49,646 nucleotides of DNA from a virus (Duplodnaviria > Caudoviricetes), in IMG/VR virus record IMGVR_UViG_3300005286_000490, positions 1-49,646 of that record, one strand, 5' to 3'. Every line of letters starts with the position of its first letter. Within the stretch, counting starts at the first letter, position 1. Positions 45,115 to 49,646 of the stretch are shown here, piece after piece. A program made the position numbers and the translations under genes. The notes beneath the pieces were generated by a model. The model saw only the letters and a program-made list of their open reading frames with translations, was not told where the DNA came from and ran no database searches.

Positions 45115-45369
45115 CTAGCGCGATTCCTCGGGGTCGTCGGCGTACGGGTTCGTCGGTGTGTCGTGCCACTCACCAACACCCAGAAGGCGAACCACCTGGA
45201 TCGCCCCTTCATCATCGTCGTAGCAGAGTTGCAGGTCACCATGGCTGCGGCTGGCGAGGTCGAGCGTGACGCTCTCAATGCCGCCGTGATCGGCGACGGT
45301 TGACGGCATCAGGACTTCAAGGTTGGGATCGAGTTCACCCAACGCTTGGATGAGTTCGCGCACCTTCAT
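45115..45369 (-). CDS. Hypothetical protein
   Basis: MKVRELIQALGELDPNLEV, a common small phage-protein N-terminus. Confidence 0.65.
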   Translation of the reverse strand: MKVRELIQALGELDPNLEVLMPSTVADHGGIESVTLDLASRSHGDLQLCYDDDEGAIQVVRLLGVGEWHDTPTNPYADDPEESR

Positions 45370-45594
45370 GCGCGGGATAGTTGCGCAGGTGAGCGGGCGC
45401 CGCAAGAGGTGGGCGGGAACCTGTCCCGACTGCTCCCTAACCAGCCGCCGGGACAGGCGAGCCCCGCCTGCGGGGTTGGCGATCCGCCTGAAGGCGACCG
45501 CCTGCCGAGGGCCATCAGGAGAGCCCTCGGGTTACTCGGTCCAAGGGTAGCTTGTCAGACGCAATTCCGAGTTGTCCCGCTCATTTGTTAAGCA

Positions 45595-45834
45595 TTAGGC
45601 CGCGGCGAGGTGCTTGGCCGCGCCCGCCATGTCGTTGCCGTACCGCTCAAGCGCCGAGCAGATATCCTCGTGCGAGCAACCCAGCCGGTCGACGATCTCC
45701 TGCGCCTTGATGAAGGCGAGGTTGTTCTTGGCAGGGTGACCCTTGCTGTCCCGGTAGTCGTTCACGTCGATCTGCTGGACCAGCACGGCCAGCGCCTCGG
45801 CGATTTCGCGATGAACGTCGGCGTTGGCCTTCAT
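45595..45834 (-). CDS. Hypothetical protein
   Basis: MKANADVHREIAE...; ATGA-coupled to upstream ORF. Confidence 0.6.
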   Translation of the reverse strand: MKANADVHREIAEALAVLVQQIDVNDYRDSKGHPAKNNLAFIKAQEIVDRLGCSHEDICSALERYGNDMAGAAKHLAAA

Positions 45835-46028
45835 GTGCTGATCTCCAGGGCGTCCGACTTGCCGAGGAAGATGGCGACCGCGACCGGCTGGGCGCCGACC
45901 TTCTTCACGGCCTCGGCCAGCTCCTTTTCCGAGCAATCGAGCTTCCGGGTCATTTCCCTGACCTTTGCCTCGTTCGAGAGGTCGATGGGCTCGTGCGGGT
46001 CGAAGGTTCTCGGCTCGTCGGGTCGCAT
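45831..46028 (-). CDS. DUF3606-like protein
   Basis: IDLSNEAKVRE...LDCSEKELAEAVKKVG. Confidence 0.7.
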   Translation of the reverse strand: MRPDEPRTFDPHEPIDLSNEAKVREMTRKLDCSEKELAEAVKKVGAQPVAVAIFLGKSDALEIST

Positions 46029-46051
46029 GGCGATCTCCCGTGTCCAGGGGG

Positions 46052-46276
46052 CTAGGACGGTTTGAGGCTCAGAATGGCGTCGAGCTGGTCTTCCGCGATG
46101 ACCAGGCGGAGGGCTTCACGTGTCGGCAGGGGCTTATGGCCGACCCCCTCGTGATAGTAGACGGCGGCCAGATCGCGCCGGTCAACCGGCTGACCGCAGC
46201 GGGGGCATGAGTGGAAGTATTTCGCGATGTCGTCGCCTTCCGGTTCACCGACAAACGACATCTCCGACCGCAACAT
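46052..46276 (-). CDS. Small Zn-ribbon-like protein
   Basis: HSCPRCGQPVDRRDLAAVYYHE...H; GGAGG RBS. Confidence 0.6.
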   Translation of the reverse strand: MLRSEMSFVGEPEGDDIAKYFHSCPRCGQPVDRRDLAAVYYHEGVGHKPLPTREALRLVIAEDQLDAILSLKPS

Positions 46277-46329
46277 AGGAACCCTCCGTGTCCACACGGA
46301 CTCGACTCCTGAAAGGGCAGGAGGTTCCT

Positions 46330-47307
46330 ATGGCGACGGTCGGCAAGCGGAGGCCTCCGAGTCAGCGGCAGTACGTCAAGCCGGACATGCCGGTTGAGTT
46401 TCAGCCGTTCCAACATCCAAAGCTCGTCAGCCGGCCGCCGGAGGGCGCGGCCTGGGTCCACCAGATCAAGTTCGACGGATACCGGATGCAGGCCAATGTC
46501 GGCCGCTCCGGCGTGCGGATCTACACCCGAAGAGGCTTCAATTGGGTCGACAAGTTGCCGGCGCTGGCGAAGGACCTCGCAGAGCTGCCGGAGTGCATCC
46601 TCGACGGCGAGCTCTGCGCGATCGGGGCTGACGGCCAACCCACCTTCTCGGGCCTTCGGCGGTCGCTGAACCGGCGAGACAGCGGCAAGCTCGTCTACTT
46701 CGTCTTCGATGTGCTCTGGGCCAACGGCGAGGACATGCGGCCCTATGCGCTCAAGGCGCGGCAGTCCGTGCTCGAGCAATTGCTGGCCGAGGTGGAGAGT
46801 CCCCGCATCCGAGACGTCGAGAGCTTCGACCTGCCGGGCCTCTCGCTCTTCCGCTCGGCCTGCCAGATGGAGCTAGAGGGCATCGTCTCGAAGCGCCTGG
46901 ACGCGCCGTACAGAGCCGAGCGCGGCGCCGGGTGGGTGAAGTCCAAGTGCCGGCCATCGCAAGAGGTGGTCATCGGCGGCTGGAAGCAGGAGCCCATGCG
47001 GCCGTTCAAGGGCCTGCTTGTGGGCGTCTACGACAAGGGCAAGCTCACCTATGCCGGGTCGATCAAGAACGGCTTCGGCAACGCTCCTGACCTCGTGAAG
47101 CGGCTGGAGGCCTTGGAGGTCCCGAAATCACCCTTCGAAGCCGGCGATCCGCCGCGGAAGACGCGCGAGATCCATTGGGTGCGGCCCGAGCTCGTAGCCT
47201 CGGCCGAGATCAGCGAATGGACCGAGAGCGGCAAGCTGCGGCAGGCCAGCTTCAAGGGGCTGCGCGAGGATAAGCGGCCTCAAGAGGTGGTGCGGGAGCG
47301 CTTTTAG
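46330..47307 (+). CDS. ATP-dependent DNA ligase (LigD ligase domain only)
   Basis: KFDGYR, ILDGE, FVFDVL, EGIVSKR, WVKSK, LRQASFKGLREDK. Confidence 0.93.
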   Translation: MATVGKRRPPSQRQYVKPDMPVEFQPFQHPKLVSRPPEGAAWVHQIKFDGYRMQANVGRSGVRIYTRRGFNWVDKLPALAKDLAELPECILDGELCAIGADGQPTFSGLRRSLNRRDSGKLVYFVFDVLWANGEDMRPYALKARQSVLEQLLAEVESPRIRDVESFDLPGLSLFRSACQMELEGIVSKRLDAPYRAERGAGWVKSKCRPSQEVVIGGWKQEPMRPFKGLLVGVYDKGKLTYAGSIKNGFGNAPDLVKRLEALEVPKSPFEAGDPPRKTREIHWVRPELVASAEISEWTESGKLRQASFKGLREDKRPQEVVRERF

Positions 47308-47317
47308 TCGCTCTCCC

Positions 47318-47875
47318 CTACTTTTTCGCGGCGCAGGTCGCGAATTGCTCCCCTGACACTAGCGCGGGATAGGCCACTCCACTAGCGAATGCCAAGGCGG
47401 CAAGAACTGAGAGACCTATGGCGATCGCTGCACCGCGCCACAGCGTAGTGACCTTCCCTGCGAGATCGGGCAGTTGAGCTATGGCGGCGTCTTGCTGGTT
47501 CTGAAGTGGTCCATCTTCCACATGCGGGAATCCCTTAGCTTCGAGTTCCCGCATGTGAAACTCTGTTGTCGCCATAGTATCGACGGCGGCCTTCATCTTT
47601 TGAAGCACGAGCATTCCCCACCAGCCGAAGCTGTAGGCGACGCAAGCGCCAAGGAACGCAAAGCCTAGACCAGCGCTAAAGAGCCAAACGGGAGGGCGTA
47701 TCACTGCCTGATCACACGCGGTGCCCGATAAGATGCCGGTGAACACTAAGCCTAATCCGGCAGCATTTCCGACTACGAGCCAAGTTGTTATTCGGACGCC
47801 CCAAGCTGAGAGGCCATCGCGCGCAGCTGCGACTGCCGCCGTCGTTTCTTCGGCCACACGCTCGTAGGGCGTCAT
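47318..47875 (-). CDS. Hypothetical multi-TM protein (lower GC)
   Basis: MTPYERVAEE...WLVVGNAAGL; three hydrophobic segments; coupled to SRAP stop. Confidence 0.65.
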   Translation of the reverse strand: MTPYERVAEETTAAVAAARDGLSAWGVRITTWLVVGNAAGLGLVFTGILSGTACDQAVIRPPVWLFSAGLGFAFLGACVAYSFGWWGMLVLQKMKAAVDTMATTEFHMRELEAKGFPHVEDGPLQNQQDAAIAQLPDLAGKVTTLWRGAAIAIGLSVLAALAFASGVAYPALVSGEQFATCAAKK

Positions 47876-48534
47876 GCTGCAGCGGGCTCCGGAGGATCGA
47901 ATGCAAGCATCCCCGTCGCGGGCGATGTGATCACATCCGACACGTCGGCCGAGGTATCGAGCCACGCGCCCACGTTCTCCGCCGTCAGGAACACCGGCTG
48001 GCGATTGTGGAACCGCTCCATGTCGTCGCCGGGGCCCACGCCCTGCATGACCATCGTATAGCTTTCGACCGGACCCTCTGCGCAATTGGTGCTGGCCCAC
48101 AGGCCGGCGAGGAAGAGCGGGCCGCCCGTCGCCGAACTGATCTGATGCTTCGTCATCGAACCCTTGGGCCCGGTGAACTCGCAGAAGCTGCTGGCCGGGA
48201 TGATGCAACGCTTGCGCTTGAAGGCGTCTCGGAATGACGGCTTGGTCGCCATGTCCTCGGAGCGGCAGTTGTTCGTCGCCGCCTTCCAGTCCTTGGCCGA
48301 GCCCTTGTGGAAGAAGGGTATCAGCCCCCAGCGGCCAACCGCCGGCTCAAGGTCGCCATTCGGGTCCGAAGGATCGACCGGCCGCACGAAGAGGCCTTCG
48401 TACTTGGGATAGACGTCGCTCCGATAGGTGAGGTTCGACGGGTCAGCGGGCATGCGCAGATGGCGCCGCAGGAAGCGGTCGAAGTCCTCAGCCCAGGCGA
48501 GCAGCTCTGAATCGTTTCTATAGTTGTTGCAGAT
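47872..48534 (-). CDS. SRAP (YedK/HMCES-like) abasic-site processing protein, start codon ATC
   Basis: ATC-TGC-AAC-AAC-TAT (xCNNY); RWGLIP, NCRSE, RCIIPASSFCE, HNRQPV. Confidence 0.88.
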   Translation of the reverse strand: MCNNYRNDSELLAWAEDFDRFLRRHLRMPADPSNLTYRSDVYPKYEGLFVRPVDPSDPNGDLEPAVGRWGLIPFFHKGSAKDWKAATNNCRSEDMATKPSFRDAFKRKRCIIPASSFCEFTGPKGSMTKHQISSATGGPLFLAGLWASTNCAEGPVESYTMVMQGVGPGDDMERFHNRQPVFLTAENVGAWLDTSADVSDVITSPATGMLAFDPPEPAAA

Positions 48535-48585
48535 GGCCGCGCCCTCCCTTGGACGCCAGACTTCAGCGCGGACGAACGCCGTTGT

Positions 48586-48789
48586 CTATCCCACGTCGAT
48601 CTCGACCTTGCCGATCTCCTTGCAGGCCGAGCAGCGCAGTCGCTGGCGAATGTCGCTCGGATAGCAATCGGGGCTGAAGAGGGCGTACGCCTCCTTCTGT
48701 GAGAAGCTGGCCTCGTGACCGCAGGCGCACTTCACCTTGAGCCGGTCGTGATAGCGCATCACCTTTCCGAGCGTCTGGAACATGGTCAT
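48586..48789 (-). CDS. Small Zn-ribbon protein
   Basis: KCACGH...LRCSAC; coupled. Confidence 0.65.
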   Translation of the reverse strand: MTMFQTLGKVMRYHDRLKVKCACGHEASFSQKEAYALFSPDCYPSDIRQRLRCSACKEIGKVEIDVG

Positions 48790-49340
48790 ATCGGGCGCTC
48801 CTTTTCAGGCACGGCGTCACGGCACACCAAGTCGGCGGCGACCTCGCACCCGTGGCTGCACGCAACCCGCTCGATCAGTTGAAGAAGGGAAATCGAGGCG
48901 CCCCACGCGCGGATATCTGTCGCTCCGAGATAGGCCCGCAGTTCGCAGCGGCCGCAGCCCACCATGATGCACATGTCGGTCGCCTGCAGCATCGGGATGA
49001 CCGGAAGCGTGTCGCGGACATCAGGCGGCAGGGAAGCCTTCCAGCGCTGGTGCAAACGGTCGACGTGCTCCGGCGCGGCGTCCTTCATTATGCGGTGGAA
49101 GTAGTTCGGAGGCTGGGCGCGATACCATGTGCGGCCCTCGCAGCCCGAGGTCTCACACGGGGCTCGCCTGTTCCAAAGGCTGTAGAGCGGGCCGAAAGTG
49201 TCGATCAGTTTGTCGAGGTCGACCAGCTCCTCGCTCCCGCATCGTGAGCAGAGACGATAGACGCGCACACCCTCGGTGGCCCTCAGGTCGGCGACGGTTT
49301 CGGTCCACTTTGGGACCATGAAAGATCGGGCGGAACTCAT
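48786..49340 (-). CDS. Hypothetical protein with tandem Zn-ribbon motifs
   Basis: CSRC...CETSGC...CGRC...CSHGC. Confidence 0.65.
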   Translation of the reverse strand: MSSARSFMVPKWTETVADLRATEGVRVYRLCSRCGSEELVDLDKLIDTFGPLYSLWNRRAPCETSGCEGRTWYRAQPPNYFHRIMKDAAPEHVDRLHQRWKASLPPDVRDTLPVIPMLQATDMCIMVGCGRCELRAYLGATDIRAWGASISLLQLIERVACSHGCEVAADLVCRDAVPEKERPI

Positions 49341-49355
49341 GTGCCACGTACCTGA

Positions 49356-49646
49356 TCAGGTCGGCCAGACAAGGATGGTCCAGCCATTGATCTCACCAAT
49401 TGCCCTCCCGCTTGAGCCGCCGTCTCCTGGCCGCTGGGCTCCCACACGGAACCAGGGCGAGACGTCTTCAAGGGCCGCTGGAGTGCTATGAGGATTGCTC
49501 CAACGCGTGAGCGCTCGAACCCTGGCGATGGCCTCGGGTGAGAGGCCAAGGGCGGCGAGCCGCTGGACCACGGTGTAGTCCAGCTCACTGATGCGCTTGA
49601 GCAGGGCTTCGCGTGCGCGATACTCGGTTTGGGAGAGGCTCTTCAT
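49356..49646 (-). CDS. Hypothetical protein (start at window edge)
   Basis: ORF track, 96 aa; same orientation as downstream operon. Confidence 0.45.
   Translation of the reverse strand: MKSLSQTEYRAREALLKRISELDYTVVQRLAALGLSPEAIARVRALTRWSNPHSTPAALEDVSPWFRVGAQRPGDGGSSGRAIGEINGWTILVWPT

Noticed and set aside
47876-48208. N-terminal extension of the 296-aa ORF 47318-48208
   Set aside because: Overlaps SRAP in another frame; real start is the coupled ATG at 47875
1-49646. CRISPR array, rRNA, IS transposase, integrase
   Set aside because: No regularly spaced repeats or corresponding protein motifs found by eye

Overview
This window is almost entirely one GC-rich temperate siphovirus-type prophage. 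The host is probably an alphaproteobacterium of the Caulobacteraceae type, inferred from the GcrA homologues, a PEPxxWA-CTERM protein and the XRE family. Family assignments come from motif recognition by eye; no database search was run. Left to right: (1) cI/cro switch (1-687, cI truncated by the window edge). (2) Early and replication operon with two GcrA-like proteins, RusA, an MT-A70 methyltransferase, a replication initiator, a split Zn-domain plus primase-helicase, a thermonuclease and a late regulator. (3) Leftward HTH + FRG moron. (4) Terminase and portal, then an unusual acyltransferase / glycosyltransferase / sialyltransferase-like cassette inside the head module, then scaffold and capsid. 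Two HNH endonucleases with matching structured leaders and an Ntn-peptidase also sit in this module. (5) Connectors, tail tube, frameshifted chaperone, tape measure, tail tip and fibres. (6) Leftward PEP-CTERM moron. (7) Lysis cassette (holins, GH19 endolysin, spanins) and terminator. (8) Right-end cargo: XRE regulator, HTH + ImmA/IrrE peptidase + 43-aa peptide, ATP-dependent ligase, SRAP with an ATC start codon, and Zn-ribbon proteins. No integrase or att site was identified. The best candidate for an undescribed system is the head-module glycosylation cassette. Other strong leads are a shared N-terminal MSLLL(I/L)FN tag on two virion proteins, GGGAY-loop hairpins before scaffold and capsid, and C-terminal Ala-Ala endings on about 19 proteins.
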